Assembly: GCF_037042905.1 (NCBI RefSeq)
Contig: NC_087251.1
Location: forward strand, 49,291,358-49,355,357
DNA: 64,000 nt
Direction: 5' to 3'
DNA from: Lytechinus pictus
Taxonomy: Eukaryota
The position numbers and the translations under genes were made by a program. Numbering within the stretch: position 1 is the first letter of the stretch; each line of letters opens with the position of its first letter. This document shows, piece by piece, positions 28,680-40,057 of the stretch. The notes beneath the pieces were generated by a model. The model searched no databases, was not told the origin of the DNA, and saw only the letters and a list, made by a program, of their open reading frames with translations.

Positions 28680-29182
28680 GTAAGGTTTAGTTGCCATGAC
28701 AATTAGGGAGCCATTTTCATTTGGGAGTGTTTGCAGATATATTGGTTACTGTATAGCAAATTAATAAGTGATGATTTTTTTTGTTACAGTTTTTCATGAA
28801 ACAGACTTGATAGGGTTTTACAGCTTTGGTCAAATTAAGAAGTACACAGGCTACCCAGTATTTCTCATGAATGCTCTGTATACATTTCAAAGTTATGCAG
28901 TTTTAGCCATCTACCTTCTGATGACTAAGGTTTAACAAATTAGTTTTACAGTAACATATTGAAGCATGGATTTGATTGTTAAAGACAGTCAAATGGTAGT
29001 GGTTCTGTGTTGTCTCATGCAGTTGTGTGTTCAGAGATGTTTTCATCCGGACCATCTTAGAATGCACGGGCCTAACCATTGGATACCAGATATTTTCACC
29101 AGACCAAGATGCCTAGAGTATTTTGCATCATTGACAAACACAGATAGTGCTCCACTCCTACTGCTGTTATTTAAACTGTGAT

Positions 29183-29313
29183 CAGGGCCCTATGACATAC
29201 AGCTGATCATAAGGCTTATATTTACAATCAATCATACACAATTTAATCAATGCAATCAATTACAGAAATCAGATCCATGATCAATCGCTACGCTTTTATG
29301 TTACAGGTTCCTG
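29183..29313. mobile_element. Small MITE (related inverted copy near 49760-49877)
   Basis: Ends cagggccctatgacata / tatgttacaggttcctg; core aatcaatgcaatcaattacagaaatcag matches the reverse complement of ctgttatctgtgattgattgtattgatt near 49785. Confidence 0.55.
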
Positions 29314-29324
29314 TTATGTTGAAT

Positions 29325-29742
29325 TGAATATACAAATAATGAATGTTCATGAGTGCAATGGATCATTTCATCTTTTACCGAATGAAGTATTCTGTCCATT
29401 ACACGAATGAAAAGAACATTCATTGTTTGGTTTATTTGACACCTAAAACATGATTCTTTTTCATATGAAACTTATAAATTTCGATGCAAAATATGGTCAT
29501 GCGGTGCTAGCTCGGTCTGCTGATTATCGCGTACATACAACATGTGCGCTTCAAACATGAGTGGTATTGTGGTGCCTGCTGTCTCGGTGCGTGCGTTCAA
29601 TGGACAAAATCGTATGGGTCCAAAATTGCATGATGAATGGATCCAAAATTGCATGGTTGATGACGTCATTGTAAAATGGGCCGAATGATCGATATCAAAC
29701 AACCAATCAAATGACAAGGATCTTTCTAGGTGTCATATAAAA
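29325..29742. repeat. Interspersed element with subterminal hairpin (class uncertain)
   Basis: Inverted pairs aataatgaatgttc / gaacattcattgtt and tgacaccta / taggtgtca; CpG-richer interior. Confidence 0.4.
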
Positions 29743-30454
29743 ATAATGGTTTTAAAAATGGAGGCAAAAAATAGGAGATGAATGAATATTAGAGCTGAGC
29801 TGTAAGGTTTGGATTTCAAAGGTTCATTAGGAGGAGGTTGCCCTGATATGGAGTCCTGCACATGTATTGAACCATATAGAGAAGTCAGTGAAGTATGATT
29901 ACATCAGGCCAACGGTTAAAGATCTCATTTTAGTTGTTTACTCCCACAGTTCCTCATCATGCCAATCTATAATTCACAGATTGCTTATGATATATTATGC
30001 ATACTAGGCTGTGCCTTCTCAAAATTTCATATGGAGGAGATCAGGGTTTGTCCTACTTATTTTATAGAGCCTTCTCAATTAGATGGTTTATTCATGAAAC
30101 AAGTCTTGAATGATCTAGATCACGTTTATCTCAGATAAGCTTTTTTCATTTCCTTTGAATTTAGTTCATATACAATAAAATATCTTTGCTGGTGGTTCTG
30201 CAGTATGTATGGATAGAGTACTATGAAATGCAAATGAGAAATGTCAAGATTATTGTTTCCTTTGATAGCGTCTCATTGGCAGAGACTAGCCACGATCACC
30301 CTGTCTTGAAGATGATGCAGTTGTCTTGAGTCATTCGTGGTGAGGCGTCCATCCATCAATCATCCCCCCTCACGACTCCCCGGGGTGTGGGCCCAGTTAA
30401 TGAGAATGCAGCATCTCCTGATGCCATACCGGTCCTATACTTGTATTGGTGCAA

Positions 30455-31090
30455 CTACCCATTGCATCACCATGACCATAGCAACATCCGTGGAGATGCT
30501 GTCTTCAGTTCTCTTACCCCACCCATTCATCATTTCTTATGCAACCAGGAGTGACGTCTTACCTCTGCTTTCATGGCAATTCTTCAGAGAAGTATGATTG
30601 CATCACCAAGGGCGTAGCAATGTACTTGGAGAAGGGTGTTCTCTTACCCCACACTTTCAGCATCTTTCCTCCACTAGGATTGTTGTTCAGTACCAGTATT
30701 TTGTAAACTTTCTTTGTGATTTTTCACCAAAACCATACGGCATCAGCCTGCAAGAAGGATGTCCCCAATTCTTTTACCCTGCAGCATCTTTCCTCCACCA
30801 GGATTGTTGTTTTGTGCCAGTCTTACTCCTCTGGTTCCATGGCAATTCTTTAGGAAAACATGGTTGCATCACCATGACATCTTTGGAAAATGCAACTGTG
30901 TCTTGGGTTTTTTCCTCTATGCCCCACTTCTCCTCCCACCCCACCCTACAGCATCTTCCCTCCACCAGGAGTGGTGTTTGTGTACCATTCTTAAATATGT
31001 TTATATAGTGACTACTAGAAGGATTGCATGGTTGCATCGCCATGACCATAGTAACATCCTCTGAGAGTGGAAGATATCTGGGTTCTCTCC
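30455..31090. repeat. Degenerate minisatellite, about 5 units of 125-170 bp
   Basis: Recurring ttgcatcaccatgac (about 30462, 30598, 30864, 31033), ctcttaccccac and tcctccaccagga motifs. Confidence 0.65.
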
Positions 31091-33433
31091 TCTCTGCCCA
31101 ATTTATGTCATGTTAGTGCAAGAATTTTTGAATAGCCTACCTATACTTTTGTATCGAATCAGTCTGAACACTAACAGCCTGACCAAGTGCATAATACGCC
31201 TACATCATACTAAAGTTGATCATGCTGAAGGTGGTCTTATTTCAATGCAACAAATTATGTTACATGGCTAAGAACGTTCTTCCAACAATACAACTTCTCC
31301 TCCCATCTCATTCCCTCCCTTATTTTCAATGATTTGATAATGATGAGTCTGGGGTTTGGAATGTCCTTTGATTTTAATTTTAAATACAAATAATCCAATA
31401 CTATTGACAAGTAACCTTTACCAAAGTTTCTCCAGGCTTCAACTCACTTGCATAAAAAATACATTTACCTTACAGATGCATATGGATCATGTGTATGGTA
31501 GGTCATTGCAATAAAACAACTCTTGAAGAGAGACTATGACAACCAGTTCATGAACTCAATTACACATCACTGGATTTGCAACAAAAAAGTGGAACAGTAC
31601 AGTTTATCTAGTTAAGTCCTTCCCAAAACATTACATCCATCATCTATGCCAAATAGCTCATCTACTCCTACCAAGTCTAACAAAACATAATATTTACCTG
31701 TTCTACTTTTAAAAGGTCTACATTTGTCCATGTCCTCTATAACACTACCTAATTTGTCAAATAGAATTAGGCTTAGGATACCCACTTATAGCTTTTCTTT
31801 GCCCCATGTCTTGATTTATCGTCTAGGTTTGTTTGGATAGGTAGTGCATTGCTTTTTTTTCTTTCTGCTTGTTTTGTTTTTATCTTTCTTTGAGAATGTT
31901 CTTGCTTCAGCCTGTACCATATTTTCTTCTGATTTACCTGTCTTAATGTTTTTTTTTGTTATTTGATTTCAGTTCATAGTTAAATCTTACTTAAAATGTA
32001 TATATATATATATATATATATACTTCATTTTATGTACAACATTTATTTCAATTATAAGGGTGTGAATGCCCACCACTTAATTGCCCCCCCCCCCCATGGC
32101 TTTCTCCATTAATATATTAATAGAAATGAAATACTTTGATATTCCATTTGTAGTAAATGATTTTTCCCTCTTCAACTGATACCACGTTTTTATAATATCA
32201 AGTTGGCTATAGTTTGTGAGAGGGGAGAAAGATATTGTTGTATTCAAGTTGGCTCTCCATACCTCAATTTGGGAGGTTTTGTATTTTATGTTACCTTGGT
32301 AACATAAGTCAACATTTGGTGAGTAGAGTTCCTAACCTTCGGTCGTGCCATGTCCAGTTTCCCTCAGATTGCCAGAAAAGTTTTGTGTTGCTATGTTCTG
32401 CAGTCAACACAAGTGGGCTCTTTCATGTAGAAGTGAAGATGGGTTTAATGCATAGTTGAATTGCCAAGGAATGCCTGTGAAGGGATGCCACAAAGATTAA
32501 TATGTGGGACTAAAAGGCCTCATTTATCACTCAAGTACAGGTGTATTGAGTGATTTATAACAAGTACTACTATAGTAGGATCTTGAGAGAGAACCATTGA
32601 AGAAGATGGTTTTAATGGTATGTTACTGAAAGCATAATTACTGAACAGAAACACAGAAAGAAATAGGGTCGCTTATGTGAAAGACAAGCTATGGAAATGA
32701 TCTGTCTCAGAATTCTGGGACCTTTTATGTGTCATACCCAGGATCAGTTCTTGCGAAGTTGGAATATCCACAAAAAGATAAACATGAAATAAATCTTACT
32801 GAGTTTAGGTTTTTCTAGGATTTGATATTCAAGAATGTTGCTGAACGAAAAGAAAAGCTCGAAATGTATATTAAGCCTGCATACATGTATTTGTAGTTTG
32901 GCAGTTTCAGTTTAGGGTCTATGTTATTGTTTTTATTTAACTCTTTTGATTCTGGACATGTCATTGGTTTAGCATTTGTTGCCACCCATCCTCTATCATA
33001 ATTATCTACTCTGCTGCAATAAAAAAATAAAAAAGAATTCTGCCCCAGTTTTCTGTTAACATCTCCTTAAAGAAAAAAAAGGAAGAAAGCGGAAGTCTGT
33101 TGAAAAAGAACCACTCAAGCTTGGTGGAGAACGTGCTTCTTATTCCTCTTGTGATATTGCCCCTAGTGGTTCCATGTTCAAGTCTGTCTGTCGTACTTAG
33201 CTGAGCTGCAACGTGGAGAAACCATTTAGATGATGTGGCATACATACATAGCACATGTTTGGTGAGCTTAGGGTATAGGTATAATGACAATAGCATCTTC
33301 ACACCAGTGAACTTGAGATAGCATGAGCGGAGAGAAAAAAAAAATTGGGGAAAAGAGAGGGGAAATGGTTTTTGCTTCTCTCACCGTGACCTGAAATAAC
33401 CCAGTGTCTCAGAGATTCCTAACTACATATATA

Positions 33434-34308
33434 AACTCCTCAAAAAAAGTTTGGAAATCTGACTTTGATCGATAATCCCTCCTCGGATTTATTAAATATC
33501 AATCTGTAATTAATAGCAATGAATAGATCATTTAAATTTTTTTTATAATGATACCCTAAATGATATGATTATGGTTCACATGGAGGTGCAGCGCTTTGAA
33601 ATGTGGGGCAAGGTCAAATTCAAAAGTTGCAAAATGACACATTATTGAAAGTCACTGTTCTTTTTTCCGTGGTGATGAGTGAGTTTCTCAGCGGTTTCTT
33701 TTAATTGTTTCATGCACCTTAACATCAACATTAACATGGAATCAAACGCACCTCTGCACAAGCAAACACATATAACAAACAAACAAACCATCACTACATA
33801 AACCACAACAAAACATAAAAAAATGAAGAAGCAGGGGCTTGATTTGAATGGATTTTCATCTCTATTGACACAAACAAAAGAATCATGTTCTGTATTGACC
33901 CTTCATGACTATTTCTGCTCGTTTTGCAGCTTTTCATTTCAGACCTCATCCAACACTTTTGAATCCTGCTCTTTTCGTAATGGCATGATCATAACAAGCA
34001 TGGTATCATTTTAAAGAGAATTAAATGATCTTTTGAATGATATCAAAAACGCATTGTGTTAAATTTGGAGTTGGGAGAAATTAATGGCCAAACTCAGATT
34101 TCCAAACTTTTTTTGCTCGTTTTGCAGCTTTTCAATTCAGACTTCAGCCAACACTTTTGAATCCTGCTCTTTTCGTGATGGCACGATCATAACAAGCATG
34201 GTATCATTTTAAAGAGAATTTAATGATGTCAAATATACATTGTGTAAAATTGGGAGTTGGGAGAAATTAATGGCCTAATTCAGATTTCCAAACTTTTTTT
34301 GAGGGGTT
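33434..34308. mobile_element. Tc1/mariner-like non-autonomous element in a TA run, with internal duplication
   Basis: 28-bp TIR aactcctcaaaaaaagtttggaaatctg / cagatttccaaactttttttgaggggtt (1 mismatch), TA flanks; ~198-bp tandem duplication starting at 33916 and 34114. Confidence 0.85.
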
Positions 34309-35240
34309 TATATATATATATATATATGCTGAGCAGCCAACCTTATCTGAATGCCCTTTTGACGATGATGTAGTGAACTTTCCATTGGTGTTAGCATGAT
34401 TTGGCATTTAGTCTTAACCCAGTGGGTTGCATGTCTGTTAAGAGGTCACTTATTGTTAACGCATCCACTTGTGTACAGAAGTTCATTTTTTATTAGTGTT
34501 ATTTGGACCCAAATAGGCCTATAGGCAAGACAAGGGTATATTATTGCTCTTTCTTATGAACATTGACAATAAAATACCTCCATTAATTTGTGTCACTTTG
34601 ACAATGTATGTTATTGACTTTGTTAGCATTTTGTAAACGAATGTAATTTTGAACTCCAGAGTTTTATGATGTTTCTTCTATCCATCTGTCTTATCATCCC
34701 TTAACTCCTCCCATCTATAGCATATGGTAATGAGACTCCAAGAAAATCCCAAGACGGCATTGTGAAATTACAAAGTCCTCCATCACCTCCGTCCTCTGGC
34801 CGCAGTATTCCCTCATCATGGAAACCCCTCTCCTATCCCACCCTTTATCCATCCTTTCCCTCTCTCTCCATCTCTTTCTTCTTCTCTCCTCATCTCGGTT
34901 GCAGTCTTAGTTTCTCCGGCCCAATGAAGCGTGACGGCCACGCATGGCTGTGCGTCAGCGTGGCTTGTTCATTATTGATAATGCAGGCACTTACAAGAAA
35001 ATTGCTTGCTTCTGGTGTCATAAAATCAGCATAATTACTGCGCTATGATATGAAATCTGACTTGGTTGTTGTTTAATGAGCATTGTCTATGAAATGCCTT
35101 CTAGGTTATTTAAAACACTATTTGTGACACCTAATGTAGTTTCAACTGCTTTTATGCCTTCTGTCAGTTCCAGATATGTTTCTTATGTTATTCCTCCATC
35201 CAAACCTATGCTATTCTAATTTTTATTATTGGAAATAAAG

Positions 35241-35504
35241 TAATAATAAATAATATAGGATTTGTATAGCGCACGTATCCACCTTGCTAGGTGCTCAAGG
35301 CGCTCCGATATTACCCAGGCTAAGCTAGTCTACCAATTCTGGTGCGCACAGCTTTTTGCCAGTACCCATTTACCTCACCTGGGTTGAGAGCAGCACAGTG
35401 TGGATAAATTTCTTGCTGAAGGAAAACACACCATGGCTAGGATTCGAACCCACAACCCTCTGTTTCAAAGGCGAGAGTCAGAACCACTAGACCACGACGC
35501 GCCC
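35241..35504 (-). mobile_element. Near full-length tRNA-derived SINE
   Basis: Minus strand begins gggcgcgtcgtggtctagtgg (A box) ... ggttcgaatcc (B box), central aacccaggtgaggtaaatgggtac, and a (tta)-rich tail. Confidence 0.88.
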
Positions 35505-36523
35505 ACCAGTCCCACCAGTGGTATTTTTGAGTTTCAATCAAAATCGAAATGAACATATTCCTTTTTATTTCATTTGATCAGTTTATTCTATTGAATGTAT
35601 GCAAATACTTTCTAAAAAATAAATTCTATTTTTATTCTTTTCTATTGTCAATGAATAAGAACTGATTAGGTGGCAGAGGTGATTTTGAATTCTGCTGACA
35701 GCTCTTTAATGGTTTGTAATGAGGTCATTGATTGCTATATTGGGTATGTGGGGGTATGTGTGTGTGTGTTTGTGAGAGAGAGAGAGAGAGATGAAGGAGT
35801 GAAATGATGCAGGTTCAAGTAAAATAAGACGAAGATAAAGAATGAGAAGGGGAGGGGGATAAATATTTAAGGAAAGGAAGGGTATTCCTTGAAGAAAATA
35901 TAATAGTAAAAGTTTTTGATATCTGCAACAAGAACTTATCAGATGCCTTTTTTTTATGGAAAACCTAAAAAAAAATCCTCATTAGGCACTTAATTCAAAT
36001 GACAGGGGCAAGAACGATGCGATTTGGATGATTTAGCAGTAAACCTAAGCGAGAGTTAAGGCAGCTGAGCTTGGCGAGTGGACTGAGTTCATGCAACTTT
36101 GATTGGCCTTCCTCCCCCACTCCATATACCTGATTATATGTGGGACTCGGCTGGATTGCGCTCGGTGGGATCGTCCTCTAATTAAGCGTTGTCACGGTTA
36201 CTGCTTATGTCTGATGTAGTCTTCTCCAATAACTTCATCGGAGTGCGTGTATGGCAACGGCGTGGAGCGCCCAAGATGGCGGATGGTGATAGGACGCTTC
36301 GTAAGATTATTTTTTGGATAACGGAAGTCTTGAAATATTCGATATGATAATCAATTGAAAATTTTGCTTCTTCAGACATTATTGCAAGGACATGAAAGTC
36401 TGAGTAATATGCTCCTTGTAAAAGAAACTGACGATGACTTAACCAGTGGGACTTCAATTATAGCCTCTTTAAATTTGAATTATTCACTATGATTTTAGGA
36501 AAGATAAGTTTTAAGCTTTCATG

Positions 36524-36720
36524 TAATAATAATAATTCTCATGAGCCCCATCTGTCTCAACGTAATCTATTCCAAGTTGCACTGTTATTATTATTAACTG
36601 GCTTAGCTCGAGCTGCTGCTTCCAGTGCCTTGCATTCAAAGGATTAATCCTGCCAGGTATCCATTTATCTCACCTGGGTTGAGTGCAGCGCAATGTCGAT
36701 CAATTTCTTGCTGAAGGAAA
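36524..36720 (-). mobile_element. 5'-truncated SINE sharing the central domain of the 35241 element
   Basis: ccatttatctcacctgggttgagtgcagcgcaatgt...aatttcttgctgaaggaaaa matches about 35366-35426; (taa)n tail at 36524. Confidence 0.75.
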
Positions 36721-38120
36721 AAAAAAACACTCTGCGCCTGCGATTCTGAAACATGATGTCAGAGAAAAATTTGTGACTCTTCATGTACGGTTTACAATGA
36801 AAACTTTTCTTGGAGACGCATAATAGTCTATGCCTGTGGAAGATTTGTTTTGATTTTATACAGGGCTAATACAAGTAGCAGTTAATCTGGCGATAAGTTT
36901 GTGTTCGGCTCTCTGTTAATTTTTTTCTTTTGGTAAGCCACTTGTCGACTATAGCTCTGTCTTTTAAAACCATTGTTACCAAAAATAGACCAAATCTTAA
37001 AGGCACCTGATGTGCAGGACACCATGGGCGAGAAACGAAGCAAAACTTGCCGGGGAGCAATCGCCACCGGAGTGACCTTTCAGTGACCCAATTCCTAATC
37101 GTCTTCTATTTTTTTCCCCCACTCATTGGTTGGCGGTGATGCTCAAAACATCTGCCCGACATTTCTTGCATCCTTGTTTGCAATGCTTGTAAGTAGAGCA
37201 GTGCTGATATTACATAGGGCTGACAACGCTCCGTATTTACTACATGGGATAAAAACAATGGCAGATGTTAATGCAACCCCAGCCCAGACAGTTTGAAATC
37301 GGAGAACATCTTCTAAATGTATTCTACATTTAATGAGAAATAGAACAAAAACAAAATGACATTTTCATTAGTATTCAATCAAAGTTTTATTTTTATAACT
37401 TGAAGGTTCCATGGATAATTACCAAATTATTAGCAATGAAAAAGCAGAGTTTGACAATCTCCTTATTTAATTTATTGAAGGTTCCTGTGAATGGCTGACA
37501 GTTATAGAGTGAGAAAATCTAGCTAATTTTCTTAACCTTTTTCACTCATGGATATTTTGTGTCCATATTTTGCCATATTATTTGGTAGTCCGAGATTTAA
37601 TCATTAAAGTATTTACCTTTTTTAGTAATTCAAAGAGTTCTCCCTTTAGTGAATAAAGGAAAATTCAAGGAGGCACATATTGATAATGAATCAGTGTCTT
37701 TTGTTGATTTCTACAGAATGAGATGAAAATTCTGAGCATAAGTAGTAAGGCTATATACTTGTACTTACCTAACATATTGTATCCCCTCTAGTACTACTAT
37801 AACTTTTGACTATATCCAAAACTATTGCATGAATTCCTAATCCCGAAACCCACGTCTATCATGCAGTGTACAATTAGCACCACTATTAACGCTTCCATTG
37901 AAACTATATTCATTTATTCATTCCCTTTTTTTCTTCATTTTTTCCCCACAATATACCATTTTGAAGTGGCTACCGTGTGTCAACTTCTGTATTAGCATAT
38001 TTTGCTCTGTAGTTTAGTGTGTAGTGCATTGGTAATTCTCTTATAGAATGGTAATTTATTCAACACATTTACAATGAACCCATCAATCAAGTGTAATGCA
38101 TGTGTATGCTTAATGTCGCA

Positions 38121-38550
38121 GAGTGAGAATATTAAGTGGTGTCGGGCCGATGACGACAACGTTGTTCAATTGCAAAGGGGGTGATGTGGAAAGAATTCTT
38201 TGGGGGGTAGGGTGTGGAGGAGGATGGGGGGGGGGGTGAGTGAGAGTATTTAGAGATGTCAGGCTGACAACAAGAATGTTGTTCAAGTGCAGGGGGGGGG
38301 GCAATGTGAACAGAATTCTGTGGTGGGGGGAGGAGGGGGTTGAGTGGAAATGTTTAGAGATGACATGCTGACGACAACAATGTTCAACTGCAGAGTGGGG
38401 GGGGGGCAATGTGGAAAATATTCTGAGTTACCGTGGGGGGGAGGGGTGAGTGAGAATATTAAGTGGTGCCAGGCTGATAACACAATGTTGTTCAACTGCA
38501 GAGGGGGGGGGGGGGGCAATGTGGAAAGAATTCTGGGGGGGGGGGAGGGA
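38121..38550. repeat. G-run-rich minisatellite, 4 units of about 105-120 bp
   Basis: Units start gagtgagaatatt/gagtggaaatgtt near 38121, 38239, 38342, 38448; each has gttgttcaa...gca-(G)n-caatgtggaa-like text. Confidence 0.8.
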
Positions 38551-38759
38551 AAAGGGTGAAGTTCAGAATGATACAGAAATAAAGGTTCATCCCTGTAATG
38601 TATGTCCCTGCTTGTCCTCAGGCAATGTTTGTTACCAAATTGGGTTGAATCAAGAATCTTCACTTGTTATCTAGATGACTCAGTTTCTTGTAGGACCAAG
38701 AAAGTGAAATAGTCAAATTAAAACGATATATGTTTTGGGTTCAAGGATTTGTGTTCATT

Positions 38760-39081
38760 CAATATATCTCTTCTATCACATATATTTCTGTTGTGTTCAG
38801 ACAATATATCTCTTTATTAAATATATTTCTGTTGTGTTCAGACAATATATCTCTTTATCACATATATTTCTGCTGTGTTCAGACAATATATCTCTTTATC
38901 ACATATATTTCTGTTGTGTTCAGACAATATATCTCTTCATCACATATATTTCTGTTGTGTTCAGACAATATATCTCTTTATTACATATATTTCTGTTGTG
39001 TTCAGACAATATGTCTCTTTATCAAATATATTTCTGTTGTGTTCAGACAATATATCTCTTTATCACATATATTTCTGTTGT
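38760..39081. repeat. 41-bp tandem repeat, about 8 copies
   Basis: Unit caatatatctctttatcacatatatttctgttgtgttcaga at 38760, 38802, 38843, 38884, 38925, 38966, 39007, 39048; no spacers. Confidence 0.95.
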
Positions 39082-39677
39082 GGCCATCTCAATTTTATTT
39101 ACATTTCTTTTTATTTCTGTTTATTTCTGTCTTTCATCGTCTCTCCTTTTTTCTTTTCATTCTCCCCTTCTCTTCCTCTATTTCTCTCTCCTCTCATCTT
39201 TCTTTCTCCCTATCTTTTTTCCCTGTATTGTTTGTATAAAGGGGCTATGTGAAATTATACTGTTAATGTGAAAAAATATTTCGAATGAGTATGTCATGTT
39301 ATTTGAGTTTTAACTGGAAAACTTTCACAAAATTGACAGAGGCTACTTTTCGAAGCAATGAGGTTATTAAAAAAAAACACCAATCTTCATAGATATCACA
39401 TATAACTTCTAGGTACATGTAATTTATTTCTAATGTTTTATGAAATTCATATTGAATTGGATCACCGTAGCAGTGTGTTTATTTACAGAAATGTTCATAA
39501 TACTTAGAACTTGAAAAATGACATGAACAACTGGCATGCGTTGTTCATCCAGCACACACAAGGGACCACCCCAACTATCTGTTTTAGATTGAATTTTGTA
39601 GTTTTTTGAAGAAATAAAATAGACTTTTACAGTAATACCAATCATACTCAAGGAAGGATATATTAGATTTAGATTTA

Positions 39678-40057
39678 TACCCCTTTCATAAACCCAATTA
39701 TGCGGCTAATAGCAGCATAATTTGGTCGTAAAATTGGAGGAGGACCAGAGTTATCCGCATTATTCTGATGCTGCTATTATCCGCATAATAGCAGCACCGG
39801 GACAAGATTTTGAGTTTATGAACGCATTTCCAAATAATGCGGATAATTGCCATGGTGCGGTCACAAGGTCACCCTTTTCCAACACAACCGCATCGGAGGG
39901 GGCGTGTCCAGTTGTCATGACGATTATCCGCCTTTTTCAGGACGGGCGCTCGTAAAAATAATGCGGCTTATTTTCGGAGTTTGTGAACGCAAATTTTATT
40001 GAATTATCCGCATTACTCTTAGGCGGCTAATTGGAGGATAGGTTTATGAAAGGGGTA
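39678..40057. mobile_element. Harbinger-like MITE
   Basis: Perfect 17-bp TIR tacccctttcataaacc / ggtttatgaaaggggta; TSD TTA at 39675-39677 and 40058-40060; internal ttatccgcat repeats. Confidence 0.9.

Noticed and set aside
31200..31830. Possible decayed LINE 3' region
   Set aside because: Compositional impression only; no convincing motif could be read.
35430..35504. tRNA gene
   Set aside because: The tRNA-like head continues into a SINE body found in other copies in the window.
38730..39271. Three overlapping 125-178 aa ORFs; CRISPR-like periodicity
   Set aside because: Products of a stop-free 41-bp tandem repeat; no unique spacers, eukaryotic context.
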